Source of the DNA: Candidatus Krumholzibacteriales bacterium | Lineage (GTDB): Bacteria > Krumholzibacteriota > Krumholzibacteriia > Krumholzibacteriales > WJIX01 | NCBI GenBank assembly: GCA_046483305.1 | Contig: JAWODM010000034.1 | Span: 1 to 64,000, forward strand | DNA length: 64,000 nt | Reading direction: 5' to 3' | In this document: positions 18,974 to 28,816 of the stretch, one piece after another | Layout: each line of letters begins with the position of its first letter | Position numbering within the stretch: the stretch's first letter is position 1 | Notes under the pieces: model-generated | What the model saw: only the letters and a program-made list of their open reading frames with translations | Databases searched by the model: none | What the model was told of the DNA's origin: nothing | Position numbers and translations under genes: made by a program

Positions 18974-19798
18974 ATGAATGAATTTCTACTGCGCAGAATT
19001 TCCGGGATTTGCCTGCTTATTCCGGTCCTTGCCCTGGTAGCCGGCTGTTGGGGGGCGAAGTTCGTGGAGATGCCTCAGAACGCTCAGGACAGCTCCGCCG
19101 GGATAGATTCTCTGAAGGTGAAGATTAACCGGCTGGAGTGGAGAATCTACGAACTGAGCAGGGAGCTGGAAAAACAGCAGGAGTTCAACCGGAAGTTCAG
19201 CGCCAGGCAGAAGATGGATATAGAAGAGCTGAAGGACGGCCTCAACGCCGCCCTTCAGCTTCTCAGCGAGAGGGCCGGAGTACCGGAAGGGGCAGCCGCT
19301 GTTCAGGAGAGGAGAAGGAGATTGACGATTCCCGATACTGCGTCAGCGGACAGCGCCGCCGCGGTGCCGGCGGAGGGCGATTCGGTCGCTCTGCCGGACA
19401 CGGCATCGGTCACCGTGCCTTCAGCCGATGAGATGTACAGCCAGGTTTACCTCGGTTTTGCCCGGATGGACTATCAGAATGCCCTGGAGGATTCCCGGAT
19501 CTTCCTGGAGGAATATCCCGGCCATCCCCTGGAAGAGAAGGTTTTCTTCATTAGGGGCGAATGTTTCATGCAGCAGGAAAAGTATTTTGACGCTCTCAAG
19601 GAATTCTCCAGAATATTGAAGGAGTACCCGGACGGCGAGAAGGTTCCGGGAGCGCTACTGCGAACGGCGATAGCTTACAATGAAATAGGGGACCGAGATC
19701 TGGCCGCGGGAGTGGTAAGAAGACTTGTAAGGAAGCACCCGGAGAGCGAAGAGGCCACTATAGCTAAGGAGAAATTCAGCGATATGCTGGAGGATTGA
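18974..19798 (+). CDS. cpoB: CpoB/YbgF tol-pal TPR protein
   Basis: Lipobox VAGC, coiled coil, C-terminal TPRs (YPDGEKVPGALL). Follows pal. Confidence 0.85.
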   Translation: MNEFLLRRISGICLLIPVLALVAGCWGAKFVEMPQNAQDSSAGIDSLKVKINRLEWRIYELSRELEKQQEFNRKFSARQKMDIEELKDGLNAALQLLSERAGVPEGAAAVQERRRRLTIPDTASADSAAAVPAEGDSVALPDTASVTVPSADEMYSQVYLGFARMDYQNALEDSRIFLEEYPGHPLEEKVFFIRGECFMQQEKYFDALKEFSRILKEYPDGEKVPGALLRTAIAYNEIGDRDLAAGVVRRLVRKHPESEEATIAKEKFSDMLED

Positions 19799-19861
19799 TC
19801 CTCCGAGGAAGGAGTAGATGCTCCCCGGCCGGGGGACGCTCAAGAAGGTATCTGAACTAAG

Positions 19862-21130
19862 TTGGAAACAGGCACATACATCCCATTATTCGCTCTGGTC
19901 GCAGCCCTGATAGTTTTATCCGCGTTCTTTTCAGGTTCTGAGGCCGCTTTTTTTTCAATCCGGCATACCGTTGTCCAGCGTCTGAAGACCGGCAGCAGCA
20001 GGGAGAAGAGGGTTGCCGGCCTGCTATCCGAGCCGAGGACGCTTCTGGTTACCATACTCCTGGGAAATCTTTTCGTAAATGTAGCGGCCACCAGCACTGT
20101 TACTGCCATTATTATTAAACTGGTCGGCGAAAACAGCGTTGAAATATCGACTCTGCTGATGACAGTGGTGATCGTGATAGCGGGCGAGGTAATACCCAAG
20201 AGCGTCGCGCTGAGCAACCCGGTCAGGTTGTCAGCTCTGGCATCCCCGGTTTACAGAGTCATGATTTTCCTTTTCGGCCCCATTCAGCGCACACTGGTAT
20301 GGGTGGCCGACTCCGCAGTAGCAAGGATCAGCAGGATGTGGGGAGAGCCCAGGGTAGGTTACGGGAGCAGTGAACTGGTGGCGGCGGTAATGGAAGGATA
20401 CAGGAAAGGGGTATTCGGGGATTTTGAGGCGGAGATGCTGACCAATTTCTTCATGTTTGCCGAAACCACCGTGGAGGAAGTTCAGATCCCGAGGATGGAT
20501 GTATTCTCCATAGATGTGGATACTCCGGTCAAGGAAGCTGAAGCGGTATTCAAGGAAAAGGGATTCAGCAGAGTCCCGGTTTACCGGGAAACATCCGACA
20601 ATATAGTGGGAACACTTCTGGCCAAGGACCTGCTCAGGCACGCCAGAAGCGGGAAGAAGAACCTGGAGGGGATAATAAGGGAACCCTGGTTCGTACCGGA
20701 AAACAAGAAGATAAGGTACCTGCTGAACAACTTTATCGAGTCCCGGCGGCACCTGGCGATAGTGGTGGACGAGTACGGATCTTACACCGGGATAGTCACC
20801 CTGGAGGATATCCTGGAGAAGATCTTCGGGGAGATCAGGGACCGCAGGGAGCAGAATGTCAAGCTTTATCATATCCTCACCCCCGGAAAGGTGGTGGTGG
20901 TCGACGGAACCTTCAGGCTGGACGAGCTGGAAGAAATTCTCGGAACAGAGATGAATATGGAGGATGTGGAGACGGTGGCCGGTTACCTGGTGGAAAAGAT
21001 AGGAAGAATCCCGGGGGAGGGCGAAGCATTCAACCTGGGGGATTACCGTTTCCTGGTAATATCCGCGGACAGGAAGAAAGTGGACAAGATCAAGATCGAA
21101 AAGATAGAGGGTGAAGGAGAAGGGAAATAG
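19862..21130 (+). CDS. CNNM/hemolysin-C family transporter (DUF21-CBS-CBS-CorC)
   Basis: Motifs SAFFSGSE.A, ILLGN, GEVIPK, FSRVPV, VDEYG and LEDILE. Confidence 0.92.
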   Translation: METGTYIPLFALVAALIVLSAFFSGSEAAFFSIRHTVVQRLKTGSSREKRVAGLLSEPRTLLVTILLGNLFVNVAATSTVTAIIIKLVGENSVEISTLLMTVVIVIAGEVIPKSVALSNPVRLSALASPVYRVMIFLFGPIQRTLVWVADSAVARISRMWGEPRVGYGSSELVAAVMEGYRKGVFGDFEAEMLTNFFMFAETTVEEVQIPRMDVFSIDVDTPVKEAEAVFKEKGFSRVPVYRETSDNIVGTLLAKDLLRHARSGKKNLEGIIREPWFVPENKKIRYLLNNFIESRRHLAIVVDEYGSYTGIVTLEDILEKIFGEIRDRREQNVKLYHILTPGKVVVVDGTFRLDELEEILGTEMNMEDVETVAGYLVEKIGRIPGEGEAFNLGDYRFLVISADRKKVDKIKIEKIEGEGEGK

Positions 21131-21132
21131 GT

Positions 21133-22107
21133 TTGGTATTATCGTTTCTGATAATAATTATTGGCCTGATTATGAGCGGCTTCTTTGCCGGATCAGAAAC
21201 AGCTGTAATCGCCTGCAGCAGGCTCAGGGTAAAGAGCGAGGCCAGGAGCGGATCCATTAGAGCCGGAATCCTGGAGGAATGGTTCAACTCTCCGGAGTTC
21301 TTCTTCAGTATTGTCCTGGTGGGCAACAGCCTGGCCAATATCGCCTGTACCGCTCAAGCGACAGCCCTGGCGGTCAGGCTATTCGGTAACAGCGGCACCC
21401 TGGTAGCGGTCATTGTAATGACCCCGGTTATTCTAATCTTCGGGGAGATCATACCCAAGGCGGTTTTCCTTCACTACGCCGACAACGTCTCTTTCAACGT
21501 CGCCCCGGTGCTTAAATTCTTCTCCTATATACTCTTTCCCCTGGTGAAACCGGTGGCCATGCTGGGAGGGCTGTTCTCCCGGATTTCGGGGCAGAGTGAA
21601 GAAGCCGCGGGTGTCATATCTTCCCGGGAAGAACTGCTGGGGCTTTATATGAAGGGAGGGGAGGAGAGCGATATCGCCAGGAGGGAGCAGGAAATTATAA
21701 ACAAGGTTTTCCGTTTCGGGGTAACCCGGGCAAGGGACCTGATGCTCCCGATGCATGAAGTAGTGTCCTTTTCATACGATACCCCGGTGTCAGAAGTTAT
21801 CGAGACCGCCAACCGTTATCCCTATTCGCGTTACCCTCTGGTATCGCCGGAGAGCGGCAGGGTGGTTGGAGTTATCTCCCTGTTCGATCTTCTCAATGTG
21901 GAAAGCGGGGAAAAGCTGACCTCCCTGATGCACAAACCTTTCTATGCCGGGGAAGATGAGCTGGCCGAACGGGTGCTGGTCCGGATAAAGAGCGAACCGC
22001 TGCATTTTGCCATAGTGGTGGGCGAGGAAGGGGTCCAGAAGGGTATCCTCACCCTCGAGAATATAATTGAGAGCATAGTTGGAGATATAGCAAGCGAATA
22101 CGAATGA
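21133..22107 (+). CDS. Second CNNM family protein (DUF21-CBS, no CorC domain)
   Basis: Motifs FFAGSETA, LVGN, FGEIIPK, YSRYP and LENIIESIVGDI. Confidence 0.88.
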   Translation: MVLSFLIIIIGLIMSGFFAGSETAVIACSRLRVKSEARSGSIRAGILEEWFNSPEFFFSIVLVGNSLANIACTAQATALAVRLFGNSGTLVAVIVMTPVILIFGEIIPKAVFLHYADNVSFNVAPVLKFFSYILFPLVKPVAMLGGLFSRISGQSEEAAGVISSREELLGLYMKGGEESDIARREQEIINKVFRFGVTRARDLMLPMHEVVSFSYDTPVSEVIETANRYPYSRYPLVSPESGRVVGVISLFDLLNVESGEKLTSLMHKPFYAGEDELAERVLVRIKSEPLHFAIVVGEEGVQKGILTLENIIESIVGDIASEYE

Positions 22108-22131
22108 TACCCGGGGGATTACGAATTATGG

Positions 22132-23112
22132 TCAGGCGGGGTAAGCGGCGTCACTGCAGATCCTTCTGAAATTACAGAACCTGCACTGAACTCCCGGATC
22201 AGGCGGAAAATTTCCGGGAGGTAGAGGGCGGTTCTTTTCAATATCCCCTCCCTGAATTACCGAAGATAATTTCTCTATCCCCTTTTCAATCCTTTCCTCC
22301 GCCCGGCTGATATCTTTCCCGCCCAGGCGGAAACTCTTCTCAGAGGCTGAATCGAGGAGGTTGACTTCTGTCAGCGCAACGTTTTCCGGCGGTTCGTTCA
22401 TCTGGCGCACCGCGTAGTATCCGTACAATCCCAGCTGGTCTTTTCCGCCGTATTTATTATTACCGCTGCCGCTGAAGGTCTTCCAGTCCACGATATTCAA
22501 AAGCCCTTCCCTGCAGCGGAAGATAAAATCAGTCTTTACGAATATCTTAACCCCTCTGAAATAGAAGCTCTGCGCAAACTCAGACATATCAATATCCTCT
22601 ATTATCCATTGGGAAGAATCCGAGAGGGAGGCTCTTCTCAGAATATCGCTGTGAATAAGGTTTTTCAATCCCTCCTTCACTTCCTCTCTGGCATTCTCCA
22701 GCTTCCGGGCAGGTATCCGCAGGCCGTATTCGTGATCGAAGAGAGCCAGCCAGTCTATATTCAGTTTGCCGCCGGTCTTCTTGGGAGTATCCAGATACCT
22801 TCTCCGGGCGGAGAATTGATACTGCCTGTCGAATCTTTCGCCGGCGTATTCCAGCACTTTCTCTTCCGCCGGAATCCGGCCCTTTCTTCGTGTCGACTGT
22901 AAAACTTTCGAGGTTATGTAGTGAACCAGCTGGCCCCGCCAGAGCGCCAGGGAAACGAGGCGTTTAAGCAGGAAGGCTTCTCTGGTTATCTCCGGAGCGC
23001 CGGCTTTCCACCCTTCCCAGCTGAGGTAGTAATGAAAGTAGTAACGTTTTCTGCATGAGTCGAAGAGGGACTCTCTGGATAGAGACCAGCCGAAGGTATT
23101 TTTAAGTCCCAT
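22132..23112 (-). CDS. PD-(D/E)XK nuclease, Cas4/AddB-like with Fe-S cysteines
   Basis: WS.SR...FDSC..RYY, G..VH, KTD...IVDWKT, QL.LY and CRFCNFRRIC. Confidence 0.85.
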   Translation of the reverse strand: MGLKNTFGWSLSRESLFDSCRKRYYFHYYLSWEGWKAGAPEITREAFLLKRLVSLALWRGQLVHYITSKVLQSTRRKGRIPAEEKVLEYAGERFDRQYQFSARRRYLDTPKKTGGKLNIDWLALFDHEYGLRIPARKLENAREEVKEGLKNLIHSDILRRASLSDSSQWIIEDIDMSEFAQSFYFRGVKIFVKTDFIFRCREGLLNIVDWKTFSGSGNNKYGGKDQLGLYGYYAVRQMNEPPENVALTEVNLLDSASEKSFRLGGKDISRAEERIEKGIEKLSSVIQGGDIEKNRPLPPGNFPPDPGVQCRFCNFRRICSDAAYPA

Positions 23113-23118
23113 ATGATA

Positions 23119-23613
23119 TCAGGCCGTCTTTTCTTTGCTTTTTCTTTTCTTCCTGTCAAATATTCTTCTGTACACCCTGTACTCCAGAAGAAAAGGTTCG
23201 AATTCGTAGTCGAATTTCATCTCTTTCTTACCCCTGAGCGCCACTTTTCTGTCGGTGTACATGTAGAGATGGTATTTCCCCGCGGTCTGCTGCTGGGCCA
23301 GGGTGGGGATTTCTTCCGTTCTGAAGATCCAGACCCGCATACTCTCCAGGTCGGAACAGGCCACGAAATCGGAATCGCAGTCCTTTGGTACCCACCAGTC
23401 CAGCGCGAATTTACCCTTGCCCCCGGCCCTCTTGGGTTTGAGGTTGGTGGTAGTCATTATTGTGAATTCACGTTTCGGCCTTTCCAGGCGGATAATCAGA
23501 TCAGTTGACTTTTCCCCCTTGTGGACGTTGATACCCTCTCTGGTCAGGATAACCTGGGTAAGCATCCTGCCGCTTTTTCCGATCAGAGACTTGGAGATAT
23601 CATTCATTTTCAT
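23119..23613 (-). CDS. Hypothetical protein, possible degenerate PD-(D/E)XK fold
   Basis: Coupled between acpS and the nuclease gene. Pattern IG..G....L...G..V....DL and DFV..DL....W.F resembles restriction-endonuclease-like folds. Confidence 0.6.
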   Translation of the reverse strand: MKMNDISKSLIGKSGRMLTQVILTREGINVHKGEKSTDLIIRLERPKREFTIMTTTNLKPKRAGGKGKFALDWWVPKDCDSDFVACSDLESMRVWIFRTEEIPTLAQQQTAGKYHLYMYTDRKVALRGKKEMKFDYEFEPFLLEYRVYRRIFDRKKRKSKEKTA

Positions 23614-23990
23614 TCTCCTTCTGTAACAACAACAGCCTGCGCCAGCCCGCCCTCATGAGTAATGCTGAGGTGGACATTAAGAATGTTCCTGTTACTTAAA
23701 ATATTCTGAACCCGCGGGGAGAGATTAAAAACAGGTTTACCGCTGTTATTATTCAAGACAGACAGTTCCTTCAGGGGAATACCGGAGCCGATGCCGGCCC
23801 CCAGAGCTTTCAGAAAAGCTTCCCGGGCAGCGAACCTCCCGGCAAAGAATGCGGCCGGCCTCCTGAGCTTCCGGCCCTTCTCTATCTCTTCGCCGCTGAA
23901 GACCCTTTCCAGAAATCTGCCGCCGTACCTTTCGATCAATCCTTCAATTCTGGAGATAGATGTTATATCGGTTCCGATTCCGGATATCAT
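23610..23990 (-). CDS. acpS: Holo-ACP synthase
   Basis: Motifs GIGTDI, AGRFAAREA..KALG.G, SGKP and SITH. Confidence 0.95.
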   Translation of the reverse strand: MISGIGTDITSISRIEGLIERYGGRFLERVFSGEEIEKGRKLRRPAAFFAGRFAAREAFLKALGAGIGSGIPLKELSVLNNNSGKPVFNLSPRVQNILSNRNILNVHLSITHEGGLAQAVVVTEGE

Positions 23991-24151
23991 TAGAATCTCT
24001 TTTTATTTTTAAATCTCTGTGAGGCAGTGATTTAAATTCAGACTCTGTCTGCGTGAAGCAATTGCATAAGAAGATAAATTATTATAACATATTTTAAAGT
24101 ATGTAAAAGAAAAATTTTAACCTCTCGGCAAACTAATAATCAGGAGCAATC

Positions 24152-25027
24152 GTGATTCGATATATACAACCTGTTTACAGGCCGCCCAGCGAAGCTGATT
24201 CGTTGATTCTTCAGGCTACCCTGGGCTGTTCCCACAATCGCTGCCTGTTCTGCCACATGTACAGGAATAAGGATTTCAGGGTCAGGAAATGGAAAGAGCT
24301 CAGGGCGGATATGGACGAGGCTGCCCTTGACTATCCGGGCACCAGAAGAATATTCCTCGCTGACGGCGACGCTTTCGTCCTCAGCGCCGGACGGCTCCTG
24401 AAGATTCTGGAATACCTTTCGGAGAGATTCCCCCGGCTGGAGCGGGTTACCTGTTACGCCAACCCGGAAAATCTCCTGAACAAAACTGTTCGAGAGATGG
24501 CTGAGATAAGAGAGAGAGGCCTGAAAATAATCTATTACGGGGTGGAGAGCGGGGACCCTGAGCTTCTGAAGAAGGTAAACAAGGGCGCTTCGCCGGATCA
24601 GATGGCCGAGGGTTGCAGGAAAGCGTCCGAGGCAGGGATAAAACTGTCCGTGACGGTGATACTGGGGTTGGGCGGAAGGAAAGGCAGCGAGAGGCACGCA
24701 AAGAAAACAGCCGAACTTATCAATAGAATCAACCCCCGCTTCCTCTCAGCTTTGACTCTGATGACCGGGCCGCATGGAGATAACTTCGCGCAATGCATGG
24801 GAGAAGATTTTGAATTCAATGATTCGATTGACAACGTCAGGGAACTGAGAAGTCTGATAGCCGGCCTGGAAGTGGACAGGTGTATTTTCAGAAGCAACCA
24901 TGCGTCAAATTACCTCTCCCTGGGGGGAACCCTGAAGAAAAGCAAGGACAAGCTCCTTGCCGAGATAGACTCCGCTCTGAAGAATCCGGGAATCTGTTTC
25001 AGGGATGAATGGATGCGAGGGCTCTGA
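24152..25027 (+). CDS. Radical SAM protein
   Basis: Motifs RPPSEA, GCSHNRCLFC, FLADGD, GVESG and FRSNHASNY. Confidence 0.9.
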   Translation: MIRYIQPVYRPPSEADSLILQATLGCSHNRCLFCHMYRNKDFRVRKWKELRADMDEAALDYPGTRRIFLADGDAFVLSAGRLLKILEYLSERFPRLERVTCYANPENLLNKTVREMAEIRERGLKIIYYGVESGDPELLKKVNKGASPDQMAEGCRKASEAGIKLSVTVILGLGGRKGSERHAKKTAELINRINPRFLSALTLMTGPHGDNFAQCMGEDFEFNDSIDNVRELRSLIAGLEVDRCIFRSNHASNYLSLGGTLKKSKDKLLAEIDSALKNPGICFRDEWMRGL

Positions 25028-25084
25028 GCCCGGTTTGATGGTTTCAGTAATAGCCGGGAAAGTCCGGCAATTTCCGAAGCGGCC

Positions 25085-26044
25085 TTATCTTCGCAGAAGC
25101 CTGAGGATCCATGAACTTGACAGATAGCTGTCGTAGTTTACTTCCTTTCCCCCCCATCTCTTCTTGAAATCTATCAGGCTGTGAGCGTAGGGAGGAGATG
25201 CCCCCAGGTTTATTTTCTTTATCCCTCTTCTGACGGCGTATTCTATCGCATCGGCTATCAGGACATGATTCGGCCTCAGGTACCTCTTTGAGTAATCTGA
25301 TACATTCTGCCAGTTGAAGAGGGTGTCGCCGTGTATGAAATTGATACATGAACCCACCATTACCCGGTCCTTGATCAGAGCGTTCCAGTACAGCTTGTCG
25401 GAATCTTTCAGTAATTTCAGGATGGTTTCAAAAAAACGCTTGCTGTAAAGCGGTTTTCTCTGGCCGTGCCGTTTTTCGGTCATCAGATACAGGGTGTAGA
25501 AGGAATCCAGGTCCTCCGGGGTCCTGATAGATATACGGGCCGTTCCGGATTTCAGCCCGTTTCTTACCTGCTCCAGAATTCTCTCGTCGGGCGGGATGTA
25601 ATCTGATTCGCTGTCCAGGTTTATTATGTGGGTGAAGGCGGGCGACCAGGCCAGGAAAGGCTCGCCCACCCCCGAGAGCCTTCCCTCAAAATCGGTTATG
25701 GAGATTCTGGAAAACCGGTTTTCCTTGAGAAACCTTATCAGGTTGGCGTTGAAGGTGTCTCGCTGCTGTTCATCGGTGCCGTTCTTAAGTACCAGCTCGC
25801 CGTAAGTTCCATAAGGCATCGAATAGAACAGCCTGAACCCGAATCTCCTGGTTATTACCGCGGGCATTCCCGCAACCAGTTCTCCCCCCTCGCATCCGGT
25901 CAGAAAGATCGAGCTGGCCCGGAAACCGATGCCGTCCGAGCAGATGTCTGCCCATTCACAGGTCTGGAAGAATGTCCCGTTGGCGGCCAGTTCGTTCCAG
26001 GCATCCCTGTCCAGATCTTTTCTCTTGAGTATTCTGAATTCCAT
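25085..26044 (-). CDS. GNAT/FemAB-like acyltransferase
   Basis: TFFQT.EW, SMPYGTYG, PNHVL..AI..A, NLG.S and FKKRWG. Confidence 0.8.
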   Translation of the reverse strand: MEFRILKRKDLDRDAWNELAANGTFFQTCEWADICSDGIGFRASSIFLTGCEGGELVAGMPAVITRRFGFRLFYSMPYGTYGELVLKNGTDEQQRDTFNANLIRFLKENRFSRISITDFEGRLSGVGEPFLAWSPAFTHIINLDSESDYIPPDERILEQVRNGLKSGTARISIRTPEDLDSFYTLYLMTEKRHGQRKPLYSKRFFETILKLLKDSDKLYWNALIKDRVMVGSCINFIHGDTLFNWQNVSDYSKRYLRPNHVLIADAIEYAVRRGIKKINLGASPPYAHSLIDFKKRWGGKEVNYDSYLSSSWILRLLRR

Positions 26045-26209
26045 TCAGCCCGCTCTGTCCCGCAAGGTAAAGAAGTTTTAAAAGCAAAATAATATTTTTT
26101 TCATGATGATAATACCATAACAATAAGGCCAGGCAAATGACAGGAAATTCATGACGCATCTTTTAAGAATTGACTTTCGCCGGCGGCTCAAATAATCTGA
26201 ATCAGAGTC

Positions 26210-26800
26210 ATGAGAATTAAATCTGTTATTTCTGTCGTATTCATCCTGTTAACCTTCCTGTCGCCGGCCCGGGGGGGCGGCATTTCCGCCGGATTAAAGT
26301 ACGGCTATTCAAGGCTGTCCGCCGACTACGCAGATCCCGGTTCGGCGGTTGGCGGGGATGTCACCCTTTCGCTGAGTTCCCTTATATCGGTAACAGCTCA
26401 GTTCTCATATAATATCTATGAGCCCTTACCGGCCTGCGAGGTGTTCGGGGGAGACTGCCGCTGGGAAAAAGAGGGCGAGTTCACCATATCTGAATATTTT
26501 GCCGGAATAAGGCTGGACACTCCTCCGGTAGAGGTGGCGCCGGCGACTCTGTTCCTGGTTTTCGGGCCCGGCTGTTTCGGGGTTCATCAGGATGTCACCT
26601 ACTCCAGGTACGGGGTAATTCCCCTGGAGACCCGGGAATTCCGGAGGGATTTCTGGAGAATGGGATTTATCGCGGGAGGTGGACTGACCTTCGATGATTA
26701 CAGGGGGTTATCCTTTGAATTCGCACCGGTACTGAAGCTGGTGGATGATATGGAGGACCACCTGGATATATACCTGGGTGTCAGGTACAGATTCAATTGA
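26210..26800 (+). CDS. Small outer-membrane beta-barrel protein
   Basis: Signal peptide, amphipathic strands, C-terminal LGVRYRF motif. Confidence 0.7.
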   Translation: MRIKSVISVVFILLTFLSPARGGGISAGLKYGYSRLSADYADPGSAVGGDVTLSLSSLISVTAQFSYNIYEPLPACEVFGGDCRWEKEGEFTISEYFAGIRLDTPPVEVAPATLFLVFGPGCFGVHQDVTYSRYGVIPLETREFRRDFWRMGFIAGGGLTFDDYRGLSFEFAPVLKLVDDMEDHLDIYLGVRYRFN

Positions 26801-26813
26801 GGGAGGATTTATT

Positions 26814-28109
26814 TTGGAGAGCGATTATTTCACAACCGGTGTCGAATTCGCTGACCGGCTGGACCGGGAGGACCCCCTGGCTCAACACAGGGCGCTATTC
26901 CGAATACCTCAGGATACCATCTATATGCTGGGAAATTCGCTCGGCCTTATAAGCGGGCCCGCCCGGGAATCAGTTCAGAGAGTGCTGGATGAATGGCAGA
27001 GGCTGGCCATAGGGGGGTGGCTGAAGGGAGACCCTCCCTGGTTCTGGATGGCCGAAAATACCGGGAAAGCTGCCGCGGCCCTGACAGGGGCCCGGCCGGA
27101 GGAGGTTGTATGTACCGGCACCACCACCTGCAATATTCATTCGCTGGTAAGCACCTTCTATAAACCTTCCGGGGGGAGAACCAAAATTGTGGCCGCAGCG
27201 GATGATTTTTCGAGCGACCTCTACGCGCTCAAGAGCCAGATCGCCCTGCACGGACTGGACTGGCGGGACCACCTGGTAATGGTGGGGAGTGGAGATGACC
27301 GGATCACCGATGAAAGCAGCATCGAAGAAGCGTTGACCGGAAAAGTGGCGCTGGCCCTTCTGCCCTCGGTTTTTTACCGCAGCAGCCAGCTGCTGGATAT
27401 CGGAAGGCTGACTGCCTCCGCGCATGACGCGGGTATCATAATAGGGTTTGACTGTTCTCACTCGGTGGGAGCGGTTCCTCACCGGTTCGACAGTAATGAT
27501 GTCGATTTCGCCCTCTGGTGCGGCTATAAGTATCTCTGCGGCGGGCCCGGGGCCCCCGCCTTCCTTTACATCAACAGCCGGCATTTCGGCCGCCGCCCCG
27601 GCCTGGCCGGATGGTTCGGCAATAAAAAAGAAACTCAGTTCGACCTCAGCCCTGATTTTGACCACGCCCGTTCAGCCGGCGGATGGCAGATATCCTCTCC
27701 GGGGATCCTTGGAGCCGCGGGGGTGGAGGGCGCCCTGGAGGTAATTCTTGACGCCGGTATAGAGAGGATAAGGGATAAATCTCTCAGGATGACCTCATAC
27801 CTGATATTCCTGGCGGATGAAATACTCGGTGATGAGCCTTACGGTTTCCGGGTAATCACTCCCCGCGAACCGGAAAGGAGGGGAGGGCATGTAGCTCTGG
27901 CCAGAGACAGCGATACGGTCCGTATCAGGGAATCCCTTGCAGCCAGGGGAGTTATCGCGGATTTCAGGCCTCCGGACATCATCCGACTGGCCCCTTCGCC
28001 GCTGTATAATACCTACCGCGAGGTCAGAGAGGTTGTCCGTTTTATAAAGGAGATAATAGACAGCGGCGAATATAAGTCGGTTTCTCCGGAGAGAAAAATC
28101 ATAAGCTGA
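26814..28109 (+). CDS. kynU: Kynureninase
   Basis: Motifs D..DPL, IY.LGNSLG, D.SH.VG.VP, WCGYKYL.GGPG, GWFG and D.RPPD.IR. TTG start after RBS GGAGG. Confidence 0.93.
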   Translation: MESDYFTTGVEFADRLDREDPLAQHRALFRIPQDTIYMLGNSLGLISGPARESVQRVLDEWQRLAIGGWLKGDPPWFWMAENTGKAAAALTGARPEEVVCTGTTTCNIHSLVSTFYKPSGGRTKIVAAADDFSSDLYALKSQIALHGLDWRDHLVMVGSGDDRITDESSIEEALTGKVALALLPSVFYRSSQLLDIGRLTASAHDAGIIIGFDCSHSVGAVPHRFDSNDVDFALWCGYKYLCGGPGAPAFLYINSRHFGRRPGLAGWFGNKKETQFDLSPDFDHARSAGGWQISSPGILGAAGVEGALEVILDAGIERIRDKSLRMTSYLIFLADEILGDEPYGFRVITPREPERRGGHVALARDSDTVRIRESLAARGVIADFRPPDIIRLAPSPLYNTYREVREVVRFIKEIIDSGEYKSVSPERKIIS

Positions 28110-28237
28110 GAACGGAAATTCCTCTCAGGATCGTCCGCGAATTATAGTTGACATTTTTCGATATAAGTGTAAATTTCATAATACTTTTATTGTTATGGTT
28201 GTTTAACTGGATCCAGAGATGAGAGGTTAGTGGTTAA

Positions 28238-28816
28238 ATGCTTGAAAATGAAGTATGTTACGAAGCCACTCTCGATCATGATTTCCTTGGTGAGATCTAT
28301 TCCCTTCCGGGCGGGGAACAGATAAAGAGGTGTATCCAGTGCGGATCCTGCAGCGGATCCTGTCCGCAGGCCTGTCAGATGGACCATGCTCCGAGAAAGA
28401 TTTTTTCTCTGATAAGAGCCGGGTTCAGGGATGAAGTGCTGAAATCCGACACCATCTGGCTCTGTTCATCCTGCTATGCGTGCGCTGTGAGATGCCCAAA
28501 GGAGATCAAGATCACCGATGTGATGTACGCCCTCAAGAGGCTTGCCATAAAGGAAGGGAAAGCGGAAAAAGGGAAAAAGGCGGCCGTTCTGTCAAAGAAC
28601 TTCGTCCGGCTGGTCAATAAATACGGGCGTAATCACGAGACGGAATTGATGACAAGATACATTATCCAGGCTGAACTTTTTAACGCTCTGCACTTTGTTC
28701 CGCAGGGAATGAGACTGATGATGAATGGCCGGCTGCCCATAATGCCCCACAAAATCAAGAATCTCGATCAGCTGAGGAAGATAATCAAGAAAGTCGAAGA
28801 GCTGGGGGAGATATAG
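28238..28816 (+). CDS. hdrC: Heterodisulfide reductase subunit C
   Basis: Two CxxCxxCxxxCP clusters (CIQCGSCSGSCP, IWLCSSCYACAVRCP). Confidence 0.92.
   Translation: MLENEVCYEATLDHDFLGEIYSLPGGEQIKRCIQCGSCSGSCPQACQMDHAPRKIFSLIRAGFRDEVLKSDTIWLCSSCYACAVRCPKEIKITDVMYALKRLAIKEGKAEKGKKAAVLSKNFVRLVNKYGRNHETELMTRYIIQAELFNALHFVPQGMRLMMNGRLPIMPHKIKNLDQLRKIIKKVEELGEI

Noticed and set aside
22132..23112. Cas4 as part of a CRISPR-Cas locus
   Set aside because: No cas1/cas2 and no repeat-spacer array seen anywhere in the window.
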